The position numbers and the translations under genes are program-made. The notes beneath the pieces were generated by a model. That model did not search any database, was not told the origin of the DNA, and saw nothing but the letters and a program-made list of their open reading frames with translations. From assembly GCA_900128395.1 (NCBI GenBank), contig LT649281.1, positions 1 to 46,291 of the forward strand: a stretch of 46,291 nt of DNA. The letters run 5' to 3'. This stretch comes from Stramenopiles sp. TOSAG23-2 (lineage: Eukaryota). Positions 21,306-31,762 of this stretch are shown here, one piece after another; position 1 is the first letter of the stretch; the number at the start of each line of letters is the position of its first letter.

Positions 21306-22924
21306 TTATATCTGTATATACATCCCTTTCACTTGTTGATACCCGTTTGATCCATCTTTTTTATATTGTTTTATAGCTCTTAATTGTGATTTCATATTAT
21401 CACTAAGTTGATTAGTAGATAGCCACAATGTCTTTAATGTATTGTTTGTTTTTAATCCATCAATAATACTTTGTATTCCACTAATATTATTATTATCTAG
21501 GTACAATACCTTTAATGTCTTGTTTGATTTTAATGCTTCACCAATACTTTGTACATCAGTATTTATATTGTTTTATAGCTCTTAATTGTGATTTCATATT
21601 ATCACTAAGTTGATTAGTAGATAGCCACAATGTCTTTAATGTATTGTTTGTTTTTAATCCATCAATAATACTTTGTATTCCACCATCATCAGTAATATTG
21701 TTATGACCTAGGTACAATTCCTTTAATGTATTGTTTGTTTTTAATCCTTCACCAATACTTTGTACATCAGTAATATTATTACCTTGTAGGTTCAATATCT
21801 TTAACGTATTGTTTGCTTTTAATCCTTCACCAATACTTTGTACATCAGTAATATTATTATTGTCTAGGTACAATGTTGTTAATGTATTGTTTGTTTTTAA
21901 TCCATCAATAATACTTTGTATTCCACCATCATCAGTAATATTGTTATGATATAGGCGCAATTCCTTTAATGTACTGTTTGTTTTTAATCCTTCACCAATA
22001 CTTTGTACATCAGTAATTCTATTACCTTGTAGGGACAATTTCTCTAATGTATTGTTTGTTTTTAATCCTTCACCAATACTTTGTACATCAGTAATATTAT
22101 TATTATCTAGGTACAATACCTTTAATGTCTTGTTTGATTTTAATGCTTCACCAATACTTTGTACATCAGTAATATTATTTTGACCTAGGTCCAATGATGT
22201 TAATATATTGTTTGTTTTTAACAATTCACCAATAGCTGATACATCATCACCATTAACACAAGAGAACGATGCACACCAACATGGACAAATAAACAACAAT
22301 CTACAACAGAGCATATCCCACCACCAATATTGTAATAATAACCAGTTATATTCTTTTCGTGAACAAGTAAGTGTTATTGGACGTTCATCATTTAAAAGCG
22401 TATACGTTGAATCATCTAAATTGGTAACTTCATGTTCAAAACTATCTGAATCTCCATCAATTATATTCTTTTCGTGAACAAGTAAGTGTTATTGGACGTT
22501 CATCATTTAAAAGCGTATACGTTGAATCATCTAAATTGGTAACTTCATGTTCAAAACTATCTGAATCTCCATCAACACGAATACTTTCTATCATATCACC
22601 AACTTTCATTCCATTTGATTTTGCATAGTCCATAGTTGATGAATGAATTGATTTTATAGATACGTCATACTCCACCTCATTTTGATTCTCAATGTCACTG
22701 CTATTTTTATCGAAACCAGTAGAACTACTACTACTACTACTACTACTTATAGGATTAGGTGTAGCGTTATTATTTATTCTTACTTGTTTCTGAAATTCAC
22801 CAATTATTTCATGTTCTGGTAAAAATGTGATAGTATAACGCTTTTCCTTGACCGCAGGGCCCAAGCAGCGACGGAAAGGCGTGGTGAAACAATGCCAAAA
22901 GCAACATAGAGCAACAGCACCCAT
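21306..22924 (-). CDS. Cys/Trp-rich, probably membrane-associated N-terminus plus RNI-like LRR array with C-cap (one gene split by two local duplications)
   Basis: Removing one 115-bp duplicate joins ORF 22457..22924 in frame (SRKEYN-WLLQYWWWDMLCC) to ORF 21556..22314. The C-cap QLRAIKQYK is present twice and continues as KDGSNGYQQVKGMYIQI* to 21306. Confidence 0.8.
21360..22240 (-). repeat. Tandem LRR-coding array of 78-bp (26 aa) and 84-bp (28 aa) units
   Basis: Unit consensus VQSIGEGLKTNNTLxxLxLxxNNITD with variant DGGIQSIIDGLKTNNT. Eight units in ORF 21556..22314, plus an extra unit and cap at 21360-21561. Confidence 0.95.
22346..22575. repeat. Perfect 115-bp tandem duplication
   Basis: ttatattcttttcgtgaac...tctccatcaa at 22346-22460 and 22461-22575. 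It breaks the reading frame of the LRR gene. Confidence 0.95.
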
Positions 22925-23053
22925 AATGATTTCAACTTTTGTCTATATATATAATGTATGCCTACTTCTATATATCTGTCTGACGTTAATTAATTTAAAT
23001 TAAATTATTAATTTCAATTTGTATTATTTGTGAAAAAATAAATATGATGCGTT

Positions 23054-23150
23054 GTTGTTAAATGATATGTAAAAACCAAAAAAGCAAGGTATAATATATG
23101 AAAATAAACAATTGACATATACACGAGTGACCTTTTGTTATATATATATA
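23054..23150. repeat. Copy 2 of the diverged upstream element of about 90 bp
   Basis: gttgttaaatgatatgtaaa...aaggtataatatatgaaaataaacaattgacatatacacgagtgaccttttgttatatatata. Confidence 0.85.
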
Positions 23151-23983
23151 CATATATTTTAACATATCACATACATATATATATATATTTAAATTTAACG
23201 AGATTTGATCTTTTTCAATATAGTGAATAGTGTTATTTGGTGGTGGGGTTTGCGGGGTTGTTTGGGTTTTTTTAGGGTTTAGCATATCCATAAAAGTGTT
23301 GCGCCTACACAGCACTGGTTATTTGTTCATTGCCAATAACCAGTCCTGTGTACCTGTTAATACGGAATTCGGTAGGAAAATATCATATATATCTAAGTAT
23401 AATAATTAGTAGTCCAAATAAGAATCACCAATCACCATATTGGATTTCTATATTCAGATTTCACCTTAACCTCCAGATCATACAAAAACAATATCATATT
23501 GAACCCTTTTCGGATATATACAAACATGATATATCAAAATGGGAATAATAGTATCAAAATATGATATAAATATGATATAAATATAATAGAATTGATGTCA
23601 TCTCTCCATTTGTTGTTGAGATATATTATTTTGATATTGGATTTCCCATCTCTAGATTATTTCATTCACTTCCAAATTGCCAATTATTGATCAAATCTAT
23701 GATGAATGTGATGAATGTGATGAATGGAAAGGAGTTTAAAATGATCCATTTCCATGAGACGAAAGCAAGCGGAAAAAAAAAAAAGTTTGTTACAACAAAA
23801 CCTCTTACATTCCGTTATTTGTTAAGTATTAAAAAAGTAAATATTAGAAAAGATTTAAAGTTTATTGTTATTATTTTTTTTTTGAAGAAATTATATTATA
23901 ATATAGATTATATTCTAATTTTGATTGAAATAATAATAATAATAATAAATTAATTGGATTACATATATATATATATATATAAC

Positions 23984-24766
23984 ATGTCTACCATAGGTGC
24001 AATTGTCCCACCAATATTAACTACCATATATGCAATGCGCTCATCCGCATTGGATTTATCAGGTATAATAGCATCATGGGTTGTTGGTGTACCAACTGGT
24101 TATGCATCCCATAGAATGATGTTACATGTAAGTTTATTATATTAGCCATACAATTACCATATAAATATATATATCACATAAAAATTGCTTTTTTAAATAT
24201 CTATACTAACAGCACACACACACACACAGTTATATTTATTTTTTTTCTCTTCTTCTAGAATAACAAGAGTTGGTGAAGGTATTAAAAAAGTATTAGAAGG
24301 AAATGAATTTAAAAAAGGTGGTGGAAGGAATTATATTCAAGTATTTTCTAATGGTGGATGGCAAACAATTATTGCATCTTTATATATTTATTTTTTTCGT
24401 AATCAATTATTGTTTTCTTCTCAAAAAAACCAAAAAAAAAAAAAAGAGAAGGAAGAGGAAGTGGAAGGAAAAAAACCAACAACAACAATAATGAAAAATC
24501 AAAAAGATCAACAAATGATAATCGATAAAGATAATGAAAATATTTCTTTAAAAACATATTTACAATGCTTCAGTTTAGCAGCATATGCATGTTCTTGTGG
24601 TGATACATGGGCATCTGAATTAGGTATCTTATCACAAAGCAATCCAAGATTAATTACAATGCCATGGAAAATTGTACCGTATGTATTTATTTATTTTACA
24701 TCTTCTTCTTCTTCTTTTATTATATTACATTAAGGCTATTATCTAACATATAAATACATACATACA

Positions 24767-24812
<46 letters not shown>

Positions 24813-25279
24813 AACATAATAATATATACAGAAAAGGTACAAATGGTGGTGTTAGTTTTATTGGATTATTAGCTTCGGCAGGTGGTGGAATATCAATTGG
24901 ATTAGGACATGCTATATATGATTTAATTTTTGTTCGTAGTTATAAACGTTCAATCAGTAAATTTAAAATCTTTACATCTACTGTATTATTTGGTGGATCA
25001 ATGGGATTAATTGGTAGTATGATCGATTCCATATTAGGTGCATTTTTTCAATATAGTGGTAGTGTTGATATTACCGTAGGCAAAGAAGTTATTAAACGTA
25101 TAGTAACAAATCCAAATCATCCAAATAATAAATGGATTACCGGTATCAATATATTATCAAATCATCAAGTCAATTTGATTTCCATCATTTTAACATCATT
25201 TATTGGATATTATACATCAGAATATTTCTTTGGTATTGAAAAAATAAAACGAAGAAATAGAAAGGAGATCAAAAATTAA
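23984..25279 (+). CDS. TMEM19: TMEM19 / DUF92 integral membrane protein (3 exons: 23984-24127, 24230-24678, 24832-25279)
   Basis: Spliced product contains LDLSG, FFFSSSRIT, GGGRNYIQVFSNGG, ACSCGDTWASELG, VPKGTNGGVS (formed across intron 2), GSMIDSILGAFFQ and LSNHQVN. Both introns are GT-AG with CTAAC. Confidence 0.93.
24754..24812. repeat. (CATA)n/(TA)n microsatellite in TMEM19 intron 2
   Basis: Directly visible in the sequence. Confidence 0.95.
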
Positions 25280-25611
25280 GAAATTAAAAGAGTGTTTTGT
25301 GAGTGTAAGAAGTGTTTTGTTTTTAAAAGTCAAGAGACACTCTCCATCAAGAATCAAGATAAAAGCTATGATATCAATGCTATCATAAAAAATACGAATC
25401 AAATACGAACCGGTTCGTGGTTCGTATCATACAGCATAGCTATGCATATGCATACGTGTAAAACACAAGAAACACTCTTAAAACAGTAAAACACATCAAA
25501 TTTAGAGGGTAAAAAGTACTTAAAGTACTCGTACTTTTTAAAAATATACGACGCGTATAAAAATAGAACAATTCTCCCTCTACTCTCTACTCTCTCTCTC
25601 TCTCCTCTCGC

Positions 25612-28600
25612 TCACATCTTTAATACGACTGGAACACCGTAACAAATTGTCGCAGATCCATTTAAAAACGGTAATTTGATATTTTTTATACCACGTCGCT
25701 TTCCAATCAGTTTCATATTTGTCCCATCATGATCTTTTAATGAACTTTTCAAAATATCATTCAGCCATTTACCTTTTTCACATGATGCTATATTATTTAA
25801 TAATCGCATTGCTAATATGTCACAATCACCACTACTAACTTTCCATAAATTCGACACAACAGCTGGACAACCAGCACTGATTAAACTAAACACTTTACCA
25901 TGAGATCCAAAACGACCTTTTGTATAAAGTCTACCACTATTACAACCCATATCAAAAATAATACAATTCGTTTCATTGGAGGATTTTGCTACTTTTCCAG
26001 AGCTTGTAAATTTCATAAGACTATCATGTCCCCAATATGTCAATACTTCTGATGTATTTAATAAATTCATAATATCGTTTGATGCAGGTTTTTTACCAAT
26101 TATAATTCGCTCCGTATTACTAATACCTGATAATAAATCGGATAACGCGCCGTTACAAGTATCACCATCTTTCAATTTACAAAAGTTTTTCTCTGTTTGT
26201 GGCAAATTACGTTCTGGATTAATTACATATGAACTGTTCGATAACTTGTAACATGTTTGAGTTTTTTTCTCGCTAGATGAGACTCGTTCCCATAAATCTA
26301 ACAATGAATGAATTGAAGGCATTCTAGTCACGTGGATATCATGAAATGTCTTTGTAGATTCCCATGGAAAACATTGCATTTCTGATCCTAAAATAAGAAT
26401 GATTGGATTGTTTTTCGATGATGATAACGACATATTCGACATTTTACTTTCTAACGATGATGATGATTTGGAATTGCCAAAATTAAAGACTGAAACCAGC
26501 TCATCTAGTTTTTCTATTAATGTTTTCATATCATTTTCTATCTCATACCTGCTTTTCCACCAATTCTTTTTAGCATTATTATCACTCGTATCAATATTAC
26601 AAGCATCATCTAAAGTTTTTTCATTATTCATTTGTATTTTATTAAAGTTATTCAATAATATTTCCATTTGGCTGCTTGTTATTTGAATCGCTTTCATAGC
26701 TATTTCTCCATTTCTGACATGCGTCATTACGATACCTAAGTGATTATCATAATACATAGAGACAACATCCCAATTATTAACCTGTTGAAGCTTTTTAAGA
26801 CGTAACATTGTATGCTCTTGTGTATTTTTTAATGACGATAATGTTGGATTAAATCGTTTAAAAAGTGTCTTCTTATTGCTGCTGTTGCTGCTAATATTCT
26901 GGTTGCTGCTGCTATTATTATTATTATTATTATAATGCCATAAATCGTATGATAAACCAATTGAAAGCAATGCCAACACACCAATGCTGCTACTATTATT
27001 ACTACTAGACCCAGCACCTTTCTTACTATTCAAGCAATAATATTTTGTTCCAACATATCCACGTAATACTTGACGTGTAATGAACGGTATTGATAAACCC
27101 CAAACAAAACGTGCAGCTGTTTTACAAGAATCAAGTGCAAGTATATTTTGTTTCGGTTTTATTTTTGATTGAAAATAACATAATACCGCACGTTCAATAG
27201 GTAATTTACATATTTGGAAGCATTTTTTCATCATTTTTCGAACAATATCGTCTGTTTTCTCATAATTGGTAGACTTTAAATGTAATTCTAATTCATGAAA
27301 CATTTTTTCTTGCTCCATATTTAATATTTTCGTGCAATGATCAATTTGAAAGCCTGATGATTTTTCACTACTACTACTACTACTACAAATCCATGATTTA
27401 TCAAGAACATCACTATCTTTTCCGGAGCAAAACAATTTCAACATGCTGGATATTAATTTATTTACATGTTTTATTTCCGACTTTGCACGTTGACTATTTC
27501 CAATGAATACACTATGTTCAATATGACCAAGTCCTTGTGCTAATGTATTTACACATATTTTACTTGTTTTTGTAATGCGAAATGGTTTAAATGTTATTTT
27601 TTCTTCGTCATCATCCTTCCTAATAAATGATTGGCATCGTACATTTGTTAAAATATCAAGTTGCAATTGAAACGTCTCATACCTTGTGTTTGCCCTCAAA
27701 ACTTTAGTTAAATCGATTCCAGTTGATAAATATGCTTTGGAGCATGATGGTAAACATCGTTGTTGATACAATACATTCATGAATGATAAAAACGAGATAT
27801 AAGTTTGTATAACTGGCCATGAATTTAAAGGCAAAGTTGATATAATATTGCCATTATTATCAATATCATTTTCTTCCTCTTCGTCGCCGTCCATCGTTGT
27901 TGGTTCTAATGTTAAGTGATTAACTTTACGATGATAAAATAAATCTGCACGCTTTGCAAAATCTAATGCATTACCCATTTGACCGATTGCATGATGTAAA
28001 CGTGACATCGTAAACATATGTTTACCATATGTTGGATCAAATTTAGATATAGCACATACATTTTTTTTCAAAGTTTCTAATTCATGTTTTAAATGTTCAA
28101 TATTATATTTTGTATGCAATTTTAATTCTTCTTTTAACAATTTATATGAAATGGATAATGTTGATGATTTTGCCATCGTCGATGATGGTTGAATAGTTTT
28201 CAAAATATTTATAGCTATCGTTGTAAATCCTTGATTATATAAAGTTTCAACAAGCTTTAACTTAATATCAATAAAATCAGGTTGTATTTTTTTTAAGACG
28301 TATTGAACGAATACATTTTTCGCCATATAATGACGAGCATGATCTTCCCATCCTAATGCTTGTCGAAACAATTGAATCTCAATATCGGTTTCATTATAAA
28401 TGTTAAAAATAATTGCTACATTTTGCAATAACGCAACAGTTGGTTGCATTATATACCATGGGTATTTGATGGTTTTAATGTACTGTCCATTTACGTGTTG
28501 TAATTTTGCAATTGACTTTTTTAACAATTGGAATCTATCAATTGTGCATGAATTATCAGTATTATACAATCCATAGATAATATCACGCCATCCTAACAAT

Positions 28601-30126
28601 ATGAATTGCTTGCTATAATCTTTTGTAGCAAATACAATATCGAATTGTTGAAATAATTCATTTATTGAAAAACGACTATGTTTTACAATATCCTCCTTTT
28701 CAATGTTTTTTAACAATAAAATATTGTCAAACAAACTGATGGACCAATGCAATATAAATCTTGTTGGATTGCTTTGTTTTGCAAAATAATTACGCATAAC
28801 AGAATGAACTGCGCAATAACCATTCAAACACATTTCTTGCACAATAGTTTCATCTCCAGCTTCTAATATATAAAATTTATATGCCTCAGATATTCGATGG
28901 AGTATAAAACATTTCGTTTCATTTATCATGGAGTTGTTGTTATCATTCTCCACCATTGATTTAGCAAACGTTTCCCATAACATGTTAGATAGAAACGACT
29001 CTTTTTTTACCTTGTATTTTCGTTGCCATCTCGCTTGGTTACCAATAATCATATTTACGATTTTCTGTATAAAACTACATGCATTATTGTAATTATTATT
29101 ATTATTATTATTGGAAATATATGTTAAAATTGATCGTGTTAATATATTCAAATCAATTGATCGATTGTTTTGATCTGGTGGTGTTGGTGATGATGATTGT
29201 ATTGTTTTATCATTTAGTGATAATAATTTTTTATAAGTTGCAAAACTATATTGATAACGTGCAAAAACAATATGATCATGATTATTGCCATTATCACTGG
29301 TAGCATCAGCAGTAGCAGCAGCAGATGATGTATCAAATGCACACGATGTCAACATACTTGATATAAAAAATAAATTGTAATAACAATCAATGGAAGACGA
29401 GACTAGTTCTTTTTCTAAATAAACTGCAGTGCGAAACGTAATACTTGCTAATTTTCTTAAAAGTTCCTTTGATTGTATCTTCGAGCATATAATTTCACTT
29501 TGAAAAATATCACCTAACGTTTTATTTGTATTTTGATGATGATTATTATTATTCATATATATATTAATTGTATGAAAAAAAATGTGAAAATAAATGATTT
29601 TTTCACTTAATTGTGCAGAACTTATTTCAACTAATTTTTTTAACATCGTTGTAATTGGTTTCATGAGAATTTTTTTCGTACTATCGCTGTCAAAAATAGA
29701 GTTGGTTGAAGTAGTATTAAAGGCAAACCACCAACATGTATTGTTATTATCGTTTTGTTTTGTTTTTTTATCATCATTAGTCGTTTTATTGTTCTGTTTA
29801 TTATGAATGTCGTTATTATTTTCATTATTATTATTATTTTTGGAATTACAAATAGTTACAGTTTTCTCCAAAATCGATAGACATTTCTGCAATATATGTT
29901 CTTGTAACGAACCTTGTATCTCTTTCGATTCTTTGTATTCCTCATAGGATTCAAGTAATTTCACATCGCCTTTCTCTTTTTCAATTAATTTTTTTGGCGT
30001 TATAATGTATTCCAACCGTTTATTTAAATGTTTATAAATTTTTCCTAATCCTTCATTAGTTTTACATCCTTTTAACTTGATGGAAATTTTTTCAAAATCA
30101 CGAATAATTTTTTTCACAAACGCCAT
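25612..30126 (-). CDS. ESP1: Separase (peptidase C50), divergent
   Basis: 1504 aa. C-terminal motifs KNWWKSRYEIE, LILGSEMQCFPWES, VTRMPS, YVINP, catalytic His in YWGHD and Cys in MGCNSGRL, AGCPAVVSNLW and FLNGSATICYGVP. Long helical N-terminal region. Confidence 0.92.
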   Translation of the reverse strand: MAFVKKIIRDFEKISIKLKGCKTNEGLGKIYKHLNKRLEYIITPKKLIEKEKGDVKLLESYEEYKESKEIQGSLQEHILQKCLSILEKTVTICNSKNNNNNENNNDIHNKQNNKTTNDDKKTKQNDNNNTCWWFAFNTTSTNSIFDSDSTKKILMKPITTMLKKLVEISSAQLSEKIIYFHIFFHTINIYMNNNNHHQNTNKTLGDIFQSEIICSKIQSKELLRKLASITFRTAVYLEKELVSSSIDCYYNLFFISSMLTSCAFDTSSAAATADATSDNGNNHDHIVFARYQYSFATYKKLLSLNDKTIQSSSPTPPDQNNRSIDLNILTRSILTYISNNNNNNNYNNACSFIQKIVNMIIGNQARWQRKYKVKKESFLSNMLWETFAKSMVENDNNNSMINETKCFILHRISEAYKFYILEAGDETIVQEMCLNGYCAVHSVMRNYFAKQSNPTRFILHWSISLFDNILLLKNIEKEDIVKHSRFSINELFQQFDIVFATKDYSKQFILLGWRDIIYGLYNTDNSCTIDRFQLLKKSIAKLQHVNGQYIKTIKYPWYIMQPTVALLQNVAIIFNIYNETDIEIQLFRQALGWEDHARHYMAKNVFVQYVLKKIQPDFIDIKLKLVETLYNQGFTTIAINILKTIQPSSTMAKSSTLSISYKLLKEELKLHTKYNIEHLKHELETLKKNVCAISKFDPTYGKHMFTMSRLHHAIGQMGNALDFAKRADLFYHRKVNHLTLEPTTMDGDEEEENDIDNNGNIISTLPLNSWPVIQTYISFLSFMNVLYQQRCLPSCSKAYLSTGIDLTKVLRANTRYETFQLQLDILTNVRCQSFIRKDDDEEKITFKPFRITKTSKICVNTLAQGLGHIEHSVFIGNSQRAKSEIKHVNKLISSMLKLFCSGKDSDVLDKSWICSSSSSSEKSSGFQIDHCTKILNMEQEKMFHELELHLKSTNYEKTDDIVRKMMKKCFQICKLPIERAVLCYFQSKIKPKQNILALDSCKTAARFVWGLSIPFITRQVLRGYVGTKYYCLNSKKGAGSSSNNSSSIGVLALLSIGLSYDLWHYNNNNNNSSSNQNISSNSSNKKTLFKRFNPTLSSLKNTQEHTMLRLKKLQQVNNWDVVSMYYDNHLGIVMTHVRNGEIAMKAIQITSSQMEILLNNFNKIQMNNEKTLDDACNIDTSDNNAKKNWWKSRYEIENDMKTLIEKLDELVSVFNFGNSKSSSSLESKMSNMSLSSSKNNPIILILGSEMQCFPWESTKTFHDIHVTRMPSIHSLLDLWERVSSSEKKTQTCYKLSNSSYVINPERNLPQTEKNFCKLKDGDTCNGALSDLLSGISNTERIIIGKKPASNDIMNLLNTSEVLTYWGHDSLMKFTSSGKVAKSSNETNCIIFDMGCNSGRLYTKGRFGSHGKVFSLISAGCPAVVSNLWKVSSGDCDILAMRLLNNIASCEKGKWLNDILKSSLKDHDGTNMKLIGKRRGIKNIKLPFLNGSATICYGVPVVLKM

Positions 30127-30835
30127 AATTATTACGTTATTATTGTATCAATGTAACAATGTATATCAGCAAGACTGTCTTTTTTGTTTCCGTCGTTACT
30201 TTGTGTTATCGACGTTTGTTCCACGTATGTGATGTATGTATATCATATATTCGATAATAATTTTAATATATATATATATTTTATTATTTCTTGTTTTTGG
30301 GCATCGATCGATTATTATTAGCATACGAATAGTATGGGAGCAGTCGGATTGAGGGAGTGGACAGGTGCAATCCATGTGAGGGAGTAAAATATATTATTTG
30401 AAAAAACGCCAACACGAATATAGCATAGGAATAGCACCTAACGTCTTCATCAACTATCAAATGACAATAATTTATACTTGAAAAGGGAATTAGAATACTA
30501 AATACACACGTCAATAATATGGATTTTCATACATAAAAACAAAAAATAAAAAACAATACATATATATAGTTGGGTAGATAGATAGATATATTTCTTTTGG
30601 TAGTGTGATTCAAACATAAGATTATTTTCTAACGTATTGTATTAACGTATATATGTTTATATAAATTAAATTTCACGTATAAATTACTATAATCGATTTC
30701 GTAATTTGAAAACACACACACAAAAAAAAGAACGAGAAATACGAATCGCAAGAGCATTTTGTTTTTTAATAATTTTAATTTCGTCAAACTATATATATAG
30801 ATCTATAAGCACGCAAAAAGTTATAGTTTAGAAAC
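30127..30835. promoter_or_regulatory. Putative bidirectional promoter between separase and the securin-like gene
   Basis: 709-bp spacer between two divergent ATGs. No specific motif established. Confidence 0.45.
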
Positions 30836-31453
30836 ATGTCATCCTTTATCAATCAAACAAACTTATCAAAGGAAAATCCTAATAATCATCATCCAAATAT
30901 GATTATGAAACAAAAATCTACTTTAAAAGGGAAAAAAAGTGGTGGTTTAAAAGTACGTAAACCATTAGGCCAAATAAACGCAAATGTTGGAACAACGTTA
31001 AAACATAATCATAGTAAAAATAGTGGCATCAAGAAACAACAAAAAACATTTAGAAAACCATTAGGAACAATCAGTAAAAATTCGATCAATGTAAATAAAT
31101 CCACTGTTCCAAATGTGGAAGCATGGCCTAAATCAAATACTAAACATGTTGAATATTTTCCATATGCAGAGAAACCATCGGCAAAAACATTTTTAAATAA
31201 TTTAACGAAATGTAATAATAATAATAATAATAATAAAAATAGGAAAGTTGTAGAAATTGACCATGAAGAGACAAAACATTTAATAACAAGTGGGTTTGAC
31301 AATGATGTAGATGATTTGGTTGGTACAAAAAGTCTTGTCGTTAATAGTAGTAAAAAAGGTGGTTTGCTTGGATCATTAATTGGTGATATGGGTGATGAAG
31401 ATTTATCTGATTTAAGTTCATCTGATGATGATAGTAGTAGTGATGATGAATAA
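30836..31453 (+). CDS. Securin-like APC/C substrate (candidate separase inhibitor)
   Basis: 205 aa with disorder-type composition. KEN box at aa 12-14, D-boxes RKPLGQIN (41-48) and RKPLGTISKN (73-82), PNVEAWP (92-98), HVEYFP (104-109), Lys-rich N-half and Asp/Ser-rich tail. Confidence 0.7.
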   Translation: MSSFINQTNLSKENPNNHHPNMIMKQKSTLKGKKSGGLKVRKPLGQINANVGTTLKHNHSKNSGIKKQQKTFRKPLGTISKNSINVNKSTVPNVEAWPKSNTKHVEYFPYAEKPSAKTFLNNLTKCNNNNNNNKNRKVVEIDHEETKHLITSGFDNDVDDLVGTKSLVVNSSKKGGLLGSLIGDMGDEDLSDLSSSDDDSSSDDE

Positions 31454-31762
31454 ATTACATATGCATATATATGTAATATGATATATATTAAAGTATCGTA
31501 ATGATAAATAAATAATAACAAATGTCGCGAGGACGAGGTATTTTACATGGTGTATAATATCAAAGTCCCCAATTACTTGTTCGTAGATGTGGAGGTTGCA
31601 TTTGTATATGTAGTAAACTTATATTGTGCGTGTAAAAATAAAAACAATAAATTTAAAAAAAATAATATGGAAAAATTCTCTAGAGATAGAACACTTTTTT
31701 ATACACGAGTATTAACTTTTACTTTTTCGTACGTATGATATGATATGATATGATATCGGTAT

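Noticed and set aside
21556-22240. Regularly spaced conserved repeats with variable inserts resembling a CRISPR array
   Set aside because: Units are 78/84 bp, stay in frame and encode LRRs. The variable parts are a few codons, not spacers. The context is eukaryotic and no cas genes are present.
21556-22240. Diversity-generating retroelement
   Set aside because: NNC/NNT codon variation is suggestive, but there is no reverse transcriptase, no separate template repeat, and many framework adenines are invariant.
30390-30715. CHR-like TTTGAA cell-cycle elements in the separase/securin spacer
   Set aside because: The hexamer is expected by chance at this AT content.
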